Source of the DNA: a virus
Taxonomy: Duplodnaviria > Caudoviricetes
Length of the DNA stretch: 58,919 nucleotides
Strand: one strand, 5' to 3'
Virus record (IMG/VR): IMGVR_UViG_3300022871_000577
Coordinates: 1 to 58,919 of that record
Of the stretch, positions 9,298 to 18,081 are shown in pieces. Position numbers and translations under genes: made by a program. The notes below the pieces were generated by a model, which was not told the origin of the DNA, searched no databases, and was given only the letters and a program-made list of their open reading frames with translations. Within the stretch, counting starts at the first letter, position 1. The number at the start of each line of letters is the position of its first letter.

Positions 9298-9880
9298 AAT
9301 TATTATTATAACTGGAGGTAAAGGAAATTTAGGACAATATTTAACCGATAAGTTAGGTATAGCCGATACGATTATAAGTTTATCGCATAGTAGTTGTGAT
9401 ATTACTTCAACAAAGTCTATTAAAAAGACTGTAAAGAATATTATTAAAAAATATAAAAAAATAGATGTATTAATTAATAATGCAGGTATAATGAAATTTG
9501 ATAGTGTAGAGAACATCAAAGAAGAGGATATTTATAAAACATTTAATGTGAATACTATTGGAACCATTAATATGACTAGAGAAGTTTTAAAACATATGCA
9601 AAAAGAAAATAAAGGCGTAATAATTAATGTTTCTTCTATTCGTGGAATAACGGGTGCACCGACGAAATCTATTTACTCGGCCTCCAAGTTCGCATTACAG
9701 GGATTTTCAGATTCTATACGATATGAATTAAAAGATACGAGCATTAAAGTTACGAATATTTGTGGAGGAAAGTATCAGGACTCTCTTACTTATAAGGATA
9801 TTTATAATACAATTAAATATATCTTTACTCTTTCTAGCAGAACTTGTTTAAGGAATATTATATTAGGTGGTCAACTATAA
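9290..9880 (+). CDS. short-chain dehydrogenase/reductase (SDR)
   Basis: TGGKGNLG, LINNAG, NVSS, YSASK. Confidence 0.9.
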   Translation: MNRIIIITGGKGNLGQYLTDKLGIADTIISLSHSSCDITSTKSIKKTVKNIIKKYKKIDVLINNAGIMKFDSVENIKEEDIYKTFNVNTIGTINMTREVLKHMQKENKGVIINVSSIRGITGAPTKSIYSASKFALQGFSDSIRYELKDTSIKVTNICGGKYQDSLTYKDIYNTIKYIFTLSSRTCLRNIILGGQL

Positions 9881-10368
9881 TGAAAAGTATATTAATTAAT
9901 CCAAGAAAAGATTTAGTATTCGACTTAAAGGCAAAAGAATCTTGTAAGTCTTGTAAAAGATACTCACAGAAAGCGACCTGTCCGCCTTATGTAGATAATA
10001 TGCAGTATTACAAAAAATTATTGAAGTCTTATAAATACGGCGTTATTTATTATGAGCAGTTTAAATCAACAAAAGACCAATGGGAAGAGATAGGTAAAAA
10101 ATCTTCTTTAGCTATGCACATGCACTTACTGAAAATTAGAGATGATTTATTTTTAAGAGGGCATCATTTCGTAATTGCATTTGGTGCAGGCTCATGTAAG
10201 CTTTGTAAAGAGTGTTCATTTCCTTGCAGAAATCCTTCAAAGTCCTTAATTCCTATGGAGGGCACAGGCTTAAATGTTGTAGAGCTTATGAAAAGAAAAA
10301 AGGTAGAGATTAAGTTTCCTGTTACAGAGAGTATCTATCGAGTAGGGATAATTTTATATGATTTATAA
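9880..10368 (+). CDS. DUF2284-like Cys-rich metal-binding protein
   Basis: CKSCKRY...TCPP, GAGSCKLCKEC..PCRNP...PMEGTG; ATG overlaps SDR stop (TAATG). Confidence 0.7.
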   Translation: MKSILINPRKDLVFDLKAKESCKSCKRYSQKATCPPYVDNMQYYKKLLKSYKYGVIYYEQFKSTKDQWEEIGKKSSLAMHMHLLKIRDDLFLRGHHFVIAFGAGSCKLCKECSFPCRNPSKSLIPMEGTGLNVVELMKRKKVEIKFPVTESIYRVGIILYDL

Positions 10369-10813
10369 TAAAAGAATCATTTATACGGCAGGAACATTTG
10401 ACTTATTTAATGTAGGTCATCTAGAGATATTTAAGAAGTCTAGAAAACTAGGTGATATATTAATTGTCGGTGTAAGCACAGATAAGCTTGTTAAGAGCTA
10501 CAAGATGACAGCACCAGTAATATCTTATGCTGATAGAGTAAGAATTATAGAGTCTTGTAAGTACGTTGATAAGGTAATCAAGCAGACTAAGTTATTGGCT
10601 ATTAAGACTTTAAAGAAATATAAAGTAGACTGCATTACTATCGGGTCTGATTGGAAAAATAAACACGTTGAAGGTCTTGAGTGGATGAAAAAGAATGGTG
10701 AAGTTATTTATTTACCCTATACAAAACGAGTTAGCTCGTCTGAAATTAAGAAAAAAATAATAGAAAATTCTTACGATATTATTAAATCAGCTTTTGAGAG
10801 AAAAATAAAATGA
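10358..10813 (+). CDS. cytidylyltransferase/adenylyltransferase (TagD/RfaE-II-like), copy 1
   Basis: GTFDLFNVGH, VGVSTD, GSDW, YTKRVSSS. Confidence 0.85.
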   Translation: MIYNKRIIYTAGTFDLFNVGHLEIFKKSRKLGDILIVGVSTDKLVKSYKMTAPVISYADRVRIIESCKYVDKVIKQTKLLAIKTLKKYKVDCITIGSDWKNKHVEGLEWMKKNGEVIYLPYTKRVSSSEIKKKIIENSYDIIKSAFERKIK

Positions 10814-11439
10814 CAAAGAAAATTAAATGGAAAGATAGAGCAGAGACAGACAAGACAGAGTATATAAATCAAGCTGATATTTTCTGTAAATGGTTTACTG
10901 ATTTATTCAATGTACCAATCTATCTAATTTATGGAACTTTGCTGGGGTGTGTTCGAGAGCATAATTTTATAGATAATGATGATGATGTCGATTTAGCTTA
11001 TTTGAGTAAACACACTAAATTTGAAGATGTATTCAAAGAAATGCTAGAAATTAATCGTGTATGTGATAACTTGAGACTAATAAAAACTTTTGGTCAAGGT
11101 AGCGGTCTTCCCAGATATTGTGGTCATTCACATATATTTTCAAAGAATAAGAAGTGTATTTTTGATGTATGGACTTCGTGGATAGATGAGAAAGGTAAGT
11201 ATAACTTTTATACTATGGGAAAAAATATTAATCAAGACGTTTTATTGCCATTAAAATTAAATACGCTTAGAGACAAAACATTTTTAGTTCCAAATAAATC
11301 AAAGAAGCTACTTTCTTATTTATACACAGATGAATGGAAAACACCTTTATCTAGAAAATCTTATCAATACAGAAAGTTTCATTGGAAACCGCTTGTTACT
11401 ATTTATAACGATATGTTGAAAAAGAAAGACTTAGCGTGA
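10810..11439 (+). CDS. LicD/fukutin-family phosphotransferase
   Basis: YGTLLGCVREHNFIDNDDDVDL signature; YLYTDEWKTP. Confidence 0.85.
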   Translation: MTKKIKWKDRAETDKTEYINQADIFCKWFTDLFNVPIYLIYGTLLGCVREHNFIDNDDDVDLAYLSKHTKFEDVFKEMLEINRVCDNLRLIKTFGQGSGLPRYCGHSHIFSKNKKCIFDVWTSWIDEKGKYNFYTMGKNINQDVLLPLKLNTLRDKTFLVPNKSKKLLSYLYTDEWKTPLSRKSYQYRKFHWKPLVTIYNDMLKKKDLA

Positions 11440-12143
11440 GCTTACTTAATAAAAAAATACTTTTTGCAGGAACAACATCTTCAGGCTCATCAGCCTTATT
11501 TGATTATTTTAGATGCTTTAAAAATACATATAGTCTTGAAACAGAGATGTCAAAGACTTGGAGAAGGAATATTTATTCTGAATGGAAAAGTCAAAATTTC
11601 TCAGACACTAACGCAGAACTATACAGAGTAATATTAAATGCTAGAATTGAGATAGAGTTCAATAAAAGATTTAAAAATATATCTCAAGACTCAATACTAT
11701 TACTCAATAATATAGTAACCTGTCTGACTTTACAGGGTATTAGTTTATTAGATAATACTATGGTTGTTTGCGTTCTAAGAGACCCACGCTCTACTTGGCT
11801 AAAAAGACGCTTTTTGTGTATGAAAAAGAATAAATCTATTAAAGTAGAGCAGTTTATTAAAGAGTATAGAGGTCAACGAGAACGCTTTTCTGAGAATTTA
11901 AAGAATTTAAAGTGCAAGTATAAAATTTATATCGTTAATTTTGAGGATTTTATATTAAGCGATGAGTATAAAGAGACTGTAGTAAATCATCTAGGTTTCA
12001 ACATGAAAGATTATCCAGCTAATCCAGAGTATGCGCCTTATTGTAAAGAGAGGTCAATTCTACAACATCATTTTTATGAAAATCAAGATGAAATTGAGCT
12101 AATTAAAAAAGAATTAAAGAGGTATTGTCATGCGAAAGTATAA
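11436..12143 (+). CDS. sulfotransferase-like P-loop protein
   Basis: GTTSSGSSAL, VLRDPRS, VNFEDF; GTG start overlapping previous stop. Confidence 0.6.
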   Translation: MSLLNKKILFAGTTSSGSSALFDYFRCFKNTYSLETEMSKTWRRNIYSEWKSQNFSDTNAELYRVILNARIEIEFNKRFKNISQDSILLLNNIVTCLTLQGISLLDNTMVVCVLRDPRSTWLKRRFLCMKKNKSIKVEQFIKEYRGQRERFSENLKNLKCKYKIYIVNFEDFILSDEYKETVVNHLGFNMKDYPANPEYAPYCKERSILQHHFYENQDEIELIKKELKRYCHAKV

Positions 12144-12531
12144 GGTCGGAATTACATTTGGTGCATATGAGCTTTTTCATATTGGACATTTGAATTTAAT
12201 TAAGCAGGCAAAAAGATTATGTGATAAGTTGATTGTATGTGTTAGTGATGATGAATATATTAAAGTAAAAAAAGGGCATGATTCTAGAATCATTTTAAAA
12301 CATAGAAAAGAAATAATTTTATCTTTAAGACAGGTAGATATTGTAGCTATTCAAAGTTTAGATTTTGGAAAGAAGAAGTTAGTTAAACAGTACAGTCCAG
12401 ACGTAATTTTTGTAGGTGGTGATTGGACACCAGAAACATTTACAGGCGAAGGCTTAGGTATTCCAGTAGTTTATCTTGATAGAACTGAAGACATTAGTTC
12501 AACCTTGTTAAGACAAAAGTATTTTAACTAG
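12130..12531 (+). CDS. cytidylyltransferase/adenylyltransferase (TagD/RfaE-II-like), copy 2
   Basis: GAYELFHIGH, VSDD, GGDW, RTEDISST. Confidence 0.85.
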   Translation: MRKYKVGITFGAYELFHIGHLNLIKQAKRLCDKLIVCVSDDEYIKVKKGHDSRIILKHRKEIILSLRQVDIVAIQSLDFGKKKLVKQYSPDVIFVGGDWTPETFTGEGLGIPVVYLDRTEDISSTLLRQKYFN

Positions 12532-12544
12532 AAAGAGTGAAATT

Positions 12545-13348
12545 ATGAAAGTATGTGTAATAGGTTTAGGCGAGATAGGTTGGGAAACATTTAAAGAGTT
12601 AGACAAAGATAATAGCATTGATTTATCTGGCGTAGAAATATCTGAAATTAGAATAGCTGAATTAAAAAAGATTACATCTAGAGATATTAAAAATACTATT
12701 CCTTCTCGCTGTGATATTTATATCTTATCTGTATATACTCCAAAGCAAATTAAAGATGTCATTTCAAAGATTGATTTATCATTGCGACCATTAATTGTAA
12801 TTGAGTCAACTATGTTACCGGGCGATACAGATATAATTTTAAAAGCTTACGAGAATATTGATTTAGTTTTATTTCCTCACAGATACAATCCTAACGATAA
12901 GGCTCATCATGTGTTTAATTTAAATAGAATAATGGGAGCAAATACAAAAGAAGCTTTAGATAGGGCTGTTCAGTTTTATGGCAAATACATGCCACTAGAT
13001 AAATTGAGTCTTGTTTCTCTGCAAATAGCTGAGTTATCAAAACCTTTAGAAAATGCTTATAGATTTATAGAGATTGCTATTGCTGAAGAAGTTAGAATGG
13101 AGTGCGAAAAACGAGGTATTGATTTTAAAGAACTAAGAGATTCTGTAAATACTAAATGGAATATTGACATGAAAGAAGCTAGAGATGGTATAGGATTAAA
13201 ATGTTTACCAAAAGATTGTAAATTTATTAATAAGTTTTTTAGAACTAATACATTATTTAAAACTGTAATAGACGTTGATAAAAAATACAGAGAATATTTA
13301 ACCAATAAAGGACAGGAGACCTCTGATTACAGAGAAGTAGATATTTAA
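12545..13348 (+). CDS. nucleotide-sugar dehydrogenase (UDP-glucose/UDP-ManNAc dehydrogenase family), lacking the C-terminal domain
   Basis: VIGLGEIG, IESTMLPG, AELSKPLENAYR, GIGLKCLPKD. Confidence 0.8.
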   Translation: MKVCVIGLGEIGWETFKELDKDNSIDLSGVEISEIRIAELKKITSRDIKNTIPSRCDIYILSVYTPKQIKDVISKIDLSLRPLIVIESTMLPGDTDIILKAYENIDLVLFPHRYNPNDKAHHVFNLNRIMGANTKEALDRAVQFYGKYMPLDKLSLVSLQIAELSKPLENAYRFIEIAIAEEVRMECEKRGIDFKELRDSVNTKWNIDMKEARDGIGLKCLPKDCKFINKFFRTNTLFKTVIDVDKKYREYLTNKGQETSDYREVDI

Positions 13349-13395
13349 TATGAATTTAAAAGATAATTTGTCTAAGTCAAGCGAGGAATTTTATT

Positions 13396-14250
13396 ATGAA
13401 TCTTAAAGAAAAGAGCATATTATGGATAACAGACCATACAACTAAAGATGTGCCGGCAGGTGGTGCCGAGATTACTGACTCGCATATTATTCGTGCAGGA
13501 AAAGAGATAGGTTACGATATAACGGTATGCCAATCTAAGTTTTTGCGTTCTGATACATTAAAAAGTAGTGATTTGGTAGTTTTTAGTAATTGTTACGATG
13601 TGTATAAATCGGTTAGAGATAAGATTATGACTACTAAAGATTACATTGTATATTCACATGATTCTGGTAGATGGAAGAGTGTCTTAAAAGAAAATCCTCT
13701 TATGATGAAAGAGTCTTTAATTAATATATTTTTATCGCCTCTGCACAGAGATTGTTTTAAGAAAGAGCTATATCATAGAAAAGACTCTTTATTAGTTTGT
13801 CCTCATTTAGATATTAATTTCTTTGATAGAGGCGAAGATAGAGTGAACAGAATTATGTTTGCAGGTAATGTTCACGAAGGAAAAGGCGTATTGAGCATTA
13901 TTGAATTTGCTAAGAGTAATCCTGATATTAATATAGATTTCTATTGTCATCGAGCCTCATCACATTTGAAGATACGTTTAAAGGCTTTAAAGAATTGTCA
14001 TTTAAAAGGCCATATTCCACAAAATAAAATGACAGATTACTATAATAAATATAAATATTTTATACATATTCCTGAGTGTAGTGAAGCATTTGGGAGAGCT
14101 GTCGGGGAAGCGATACTCTGTGGCTGTAAAGTCATAGCTAACAATAGGATAGGTGCATTATCATACGATTGGGACTACGAGACATTGAGACAAAATACGC
14201 TATACGCACATTATTACTTCTGGAATGAGCTTCAGAAGCGATTAAAATAG
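13396..14250 (+). CDS. glycosyltransferase, GT4-like
   Basis: GGAE N-terminal motif; KG; EAFGRAVGEA (EX7E). Confidence 0.8.
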   Translation: MNLKEKSILWITDHTTKDVPAGGAEITDSHIIRAGKEIGYDITVCQSKFLRSDTLKSSDLVVFSNCYDVYKSVRDKIMTTKDYIVYSHDSGRWKSVLKENPLMMKESLINIFLSPLHRDCFKKELYHRKDSLLVCPHLDINFFDRGEDRVNRIMFAGNVHEGKGVLSIIEFAKSNPDINIDFYCHRASSHLKIRLKALKNCHLKGHIPQNKMTDYYNKYKYFIHIPECSEAFGRAVGEAILCGCKVIANNRIGALSYDWDYETLRQNTLYAHYYFWNELQKRLK

Positions 14251-14269
14251 TCTTTTTAAATAGACTTAA

Positions 14270-14289
14270 CTGTATTTAATAGTAGAGAG
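14270..14289 (+). promoter_or_regulatory. candidate phage late-promoter motif, copy 2 (CTGTATTTAATAGTAGAGAG)
   Basis: 18/20 match to 3189..3208, intergenic. Confidence 0.45.
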
Positions 14290-14311
14290 TAAATTGAAAA
14301 GGAGTAAATTG

Positions 14312-14827
14312 ATGGAAAAACGCAATCTGTTAATCAGAGCAGAAAGTAATAGAAAAGGTGCCAACAATCCTAATTGGAAGTGCGGAATCTCGACCAATAA
14401 AACTTGTTCTGATTGTGGTAAACTCATCTCTAAGGCCGCTAAGAAATGTAGAAGCTGTTCTCGAACAGGTAAATCTTGGAGCTGGTCTGAAAACTCAAAG
14501 AAAAATATAAGAATGGAAAAGAATTCGCAATGGAAAGGCGGACGTTCTGTAACTGATAAAGGTTATGTAAGAATATATTTGCCTGAACATATTAATGCTA
14601 CAGGTAGAGGCTATGTTTATGAGCATAGATTGATTATGGAGAAGCATTTAGATAGATATTTAGATAGAAAAGAAATTGTTCATCATATAGATGGAAATAA
14701 ACAGAATAATAAATTAGAAAATTTAATGTTGTTTCCTAATCAAAAGGCACACTTTAATTTTTCTCATTTTAATAAGCAAACTTTTATCTGTAAATATTGC
14801 GGAAAAAATCAAAGGAGTACAAAATGA
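14312..14827 (+). CDS. HNH homing endonuclease
   Basis: YEHRLIMEKHLDRYL...VHHIDGNKQNNKLENL; NNPNWK/NSQWKGG motifs; AAGGAG RBS before ATG 14312. Confidence 0.85.
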   Translation: MEKRNLLIRAESNRKGANNPNWKCGISTNKTCSDCGKLISKAAKKCRSCSRTGKSWSWSENSKKNIRMEKNSQWKGGRSVTDKGYVRIYLPEHINATGRGYVYEHRLIMEKHLDRYLDRKEIVHHIDGNKQNNKLENLMLFPNQKAHFNFSHFNKQTFICKYCGKNQRSTK

Positions 14828-15270
14828 AGGCTTTCATCTACGGTAATCATACATACGGAGACAAAATCATCCTTTCTTATTTGCAGAGTGCGTTAGAAAA
14901 CTGTGAATATTTAGGTGCAAAAGTTGATTTATCTCGAATCACGCCAGTAGAAGAAAATCTCATTATAATTTCAAATTCAAGTTTATTCCATATAGACCAA
15001 GATAAAATTCTAGGTTATATTAAGAAAGACTTATCTAAACCTTTAATGGTAGTTAGAAAATTAAAGACGTTTGGAACTGTTTTGTTTAAAGCAAATTTTG
15101 AAGTAGATAGGATTACTACAAATAAATCATATAATTTTGCAGGTATGCTTTATTTACCTAAAAAATATTTTGATATGTTAGAAGAGAAAACACGCACAAT
15201 CGCAGAAATATTTAGAACAGTAGATTACGCAGATTGGCGATTTTATATTGTAGATGGAAGGAAAAAATAA
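14824..15270 (+). CDS. hypothetical protein resembling a degenerate sugar-phosphate nucleotidyltransferase
   Basis: FGTV...NFAGMLYL pattern like NTP-transferase core; no GGxGTR motif. Confidence 0.35.
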   Translation: MKAFIYGNHTYGDKIILSYLQSALENCEYLGAKVDLSRITPVEENLIIISNSSLFHIDQDKILGYIKKDLSKPLMVVRKLKTFGTVLFKANFEVDRITTNKSYNFAGMLYLPKKYFDMLEEKTRTIAEIFRTVDYADWRFYIVDGRKK

Positions 15271-15301
15271 TGTTTAGAAATACTTTTTCAAGGAGGATAA
15301 A

Positions 15302-15883
15302 ATGATTACCAAGGCAGGCGTAGCTATTGTCTTAGGCATAGAAACCGCAGATATTTCTGATTCTGTTTATGATTGGGCTGTAAAGCAGTTCTTCCTAGTT
15401 ACAGGTCTTAAATCTGCCGAAGAGACCAAGACACAAAGACGATTTGTAAATAGAGCTACTTTATACTTTAAATTAAATGCAAGAGACATTAAATCAATAG
15501 ATACTTTAAAAATAGATAATGACGAAAAAGATTTTACTTTATTCTCAGATTTAAAGTTCAATCCGGATTCTGGTTTAGTTTATTATACAGGAGGCTTTAG
15601 TGGTGGTCAGTTAGTTGAAATGACCTATACTGTAAATTCTTATACTGAGAAAGATATTCACGATTATCTAGTCTCTTTATTAGTTGCTAAATCTATGAGT
15701 ATGTTTACTCCGGATAAAATTCAACAAGTTAGTTCTATTAAAATAGGTAAATTTTCCAAAAAGTTTGGTTCTGCCGCCTCTAACTTAGAGAGTTATAATG
15801 AAGTTTTAGAGAGTGAGATTCAAAGAACTGTTTATTTAATTAACGATAATGATACAGATTTAGATTTAGGTCATATTATTTAA
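15302..15883 (+). CDS. head-tail connector/adaptor protein
   Basis: AAGGAGG RBS; first gene of neck cluster; SIKIGKFSKKF motif typical of adaptors. Confidence 0.6.
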   Translation: MITKAGVAIVLGIETADISDSVYDWAVKQFFLVTGLKSAEETKTQRRFVNRATLYFKLNARDIKSIDTLKIDNDEKDFTLFSDLKFNPDSGLVYYTGGFSGGQLVEMTYTVNSYTEKDIHDYLVSLLVAKSMSMFTPDKIQQVSSIKIGKFSKKFGSAASNLESYNEVLESEIQRTVYLINDNDTDLDLGHII

Positions 15884-15895
15884 GAAAGAGATATT

Positions 15896-16021
15896 ATGGA
15901 AGATACTTTTCAACATACTAAAAAATGTCCAAAATGCGGTAAACATAAGGTCTATCTTGTAGTCGAAGAGGATGGATTTTCATTTGTTTGTACAGCTTGT
16001 GGCGAAACGTGGAGTGAATAA
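15896..16021 (+). CDS. small zinc-ribbon protein (41 aa, not in ORF track)
   Basis: MEDTFQHTKKCPKCGKHKVYLVVEEDGFSFVCTACGETWSE*; stop overlaps next ATG (TAATG). Confidence 0.7.
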   Translation: MEDTFQHTKKCPKCGKHKVYLVVEEDGFSFVCTACGETWSE

Positions 16022-16365
16022 TGTCTGATTCGACTTTTAATGCGTTATTGACACAGACTTGTACTATTTATAGAAGAGTGTACGATGCCTCTACTGAAGA
16101 TAAATGGGGTGCATCTTCTGAGTCATTTTCAACTATCACATCTACGGAGAGTTGTTTACTACAACAATTAGATGAAATGATTGAGTTTACTCGACGAGGA
16201 GAAAAGATATATACAAAAACGGAAGTGTATATGAAGTACGAAGCCGATATTGAAGTAGATGATATTTTAGAATTTGAATCAAGAAAATACTCTGTTTTAT
16301 CTGTGGCTGATTCTGCAGGTCAACAGCATCATAAAGAAGTTTTAATTGTAGGATTGGAAAATTAA
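16021..16365 (+). CDS. head closure/stopper protein (SPP1 gp16-like)
   Basis: TQTCTIYR...DKWG...DIEVDDIL...YSVLSV...HHKEV. Confidence 0.75.
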   Translation: MSDSTFNALLTQTCTIYRRVYDASTEDKWGASSESFSTITSTESCLLQQLDEMIEFTRRGEKIYTKTEVYMKYEADIEVDDILEFESRKYSVLSVADSAGQQHHKEVLIVGLEN

Positions 16366-16366
16366 T

Positions 16367-16891
16367 ATGGCCGCAAATTTTACAATAGATGATAAAGAAT
16401 TAGCAACATATATAAATAGATTTACTACTGCAGGTGCAAGATTATCTCATATAGCAGGTAAATCTTTAAGAGTAATGACTAATTATACTGAAAGACAGAT
16501 GAAGAAGTATTCAAAGTCGAGAACTTCTAGGGGAACAGGAAAACTTAGCTCAAGTATAACCGCTAATTATTCGATAAATAGCTCAGAAGTATCCGGTTCA
16601 GTTTTTGTTCCGCCTGAAATTAAATATCAGTTTGCATCTGAATACGGTAGTCGAGGTGGTCAGGTAATTTCAGGAACGCCTACAATGACATTTGGTACAT
16701 CTGCTTGGCGTAATTCTTCTGCTGTCAAAGTTCCTCATAGAGGGTATTTTGTTTTTACTCAAGTTAAACGAGGAAAATATGCAGGAAAACATTTTACACA
16801 AAGAGCCTTTGAAGATTTAAAGAATTTATATAGAACTAAAGTTTCACATAAATTAGCACAAGATGTTGTTTTATCCTTGGGAGGAAGATAG
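16367..16891 (+). CDS. neck/tail completion protein (HK97 gp10-like)
   Basis: TGKLSSSI...YQFASEYG...HFTQRAF. Confidence 0.7.
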   Translation: MAANFTIDDKELATYINRFTTAGARLSHIAGKSLRVMTNYTERQMKKYSKSRTSRGTGKLSSSITANYSINSSEVSGSVFVPPEIKYQFASEYGSRGGQVISGTPTMTFGTSAWRNSSAVKVPHRGYFVFTQVKRGKYAGKHFTQRAFEDLKNLYRTKVSHKLAQDVVLSLGGR

Positions 16892-16893
16892 TA

Positions 16894-17319
16894 ATGAAGA
16901 TTATTGCAGAACGAATCATAGCAGTATTAAAGGCAGATAGTGCATTAGTTGCATTATTAGGCTCAGCAAAGAATGTCTTTGCTAGAAGTTTAGCAGAAAA
17001 AACTAAACGACCTGCAAAATATGTATCTGTCGAGGCAAGTCTTGGTGCAGATTTAAATTATAGTGAGGGACAAGATGACGATTTTGAAGTAGAGATAGGG
17101 ACTAACAGAAGAAGTGCAAATGCGTTCTCTAATTTGATGTCTATTTTAGATAGAGTAGATGCTCTAATTAACAAGCAAGAATTAACTCTTTCAACTGCCG
17201 CCTTTAAGATTATCAGTATTTATAGAACTGATTGTCCTACTAGAGGTGTTTTAATAGATGATAAGAATAACGAGTTTTATATTACTATAAAATATTCTTA
17301 CATTATAGATGAAAACTAA
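16894..17319 (+). CDS. tail terminator protein
   Basis: Position and IIAVLKADSALVALLG...VF pattern. Confidence 0.6.
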   Translation: MKIIAERIIAVLKADSALVALLGSAKNVFARSLAEKTKRPAKYVSVEASLGADLNYSEGQDDDFEVEIGTNRRSANAFSNLMSILDRVDALINKQELTLSTAAFKIISIYRTDCPTRGVLIDDKNNEFYITIKYSYIIDEN

Positions 17320-17353
17320 CAAAGTAAACTGACCTAAAAAAGGAGTAAGTACC

Positions 17354-17659
17354 ATGAGCGAGAAAATAGTTTTATCAAAAGTAACAGAGTTTGAATTAAG
17401 AGGTGGAGTTTGTGTTAAGGTATATCCAGCTAGTCTAGAAACCTTAGCATTGATGAATCCAAAATTAAAGAAGTTAGATAAGATGGAGAAAAACGCAGAA
17501 TTAGACAAACAGATTGACCTTTTCGTAGATGTTGTTTATGATTTTTTAAAAGAAGATAACGATATTAAAAAAGCTGAGTTAAAAAAGGCTTTAACTATCG
17601 AAGCTTGTCTTAAAATTATTCAAACATCAATGGGCTCTGTAAGTTCTTTGACTGAATAA
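17354..17659 (+). CDS. tail assembly chaperone
   Basis: Small helical protein upstream of the tape measure gene. Confidence 0.55.
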   Translation: MSEKIVLSKVTEFELRGGVCVKVYPASLETLALMNPKLKKLDKMEKNAELDKQIDLFVDVVYDFLKEDNDIKKAELKKALTIEACLKIIQTSMGSVSSLTE

Positions 17660-17663
17660 TATT

Positions 17664-18068
17664 ATGAAAAATAAAGACTCTTTATATTTTATATTAGATT
17701 TATTAATTTCAGAATACGGTTGGTCTTTAGAGTATTGTCTACAGTTGCCCGGTGACGTTGTTACCGAACTTGTAAACGCTATTACTAAAAGACAACATGT
17801 ACGCTGGCATAGTTTCACTAAATTATCTGGTATTGCTGTTTCTACAGGGTTTTCTGGTAAACTAGAGGATATTGATAAAATATTTGATAAAGATAATGAA
17901 GAGTCTACGAAAGATAAAGAGGTAGATAAAGAGGCGTGGAAGGGACAAGTTAAATCTATGTGGATGAAAATGAAGAGTTCAAAAAAACAATTATCTACAG
18001 AAGAAGTAAAAGAATTAAGTGAGAGTTTTGAAGCAAAGTGGTCAAAAGGCGAATCAATAGACTTTTAA
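17664..18068 (+). CDS. second tail assembly chaperone-like protein
   Basis: EYGWSLEYCLQLP motif; immediately precedes tape measure. Confidence 0.55.
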   Translation: MKNKDSLYFILDLLISEYGWSLEYCLQLPGDVVTELVNAITKRQHVRWHSFTKLSGIAVSTGFSGKLEDIDKIFDKDNEESTKDKEVDKEAWKGQVKSMWMKMKSSKKQLSTEEVKELSESFEAKWSKGESIDF

Positions 18069-18081
18069 AAGAAAGTAAATT

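Noticed and set aside
17620-17670. Programmed frameshift between the two tail chaperone ORFs
   Set aside because: No slippery heptamer seen; the second frame has TGA at 17649 and its own ATG, so there is no direct support.
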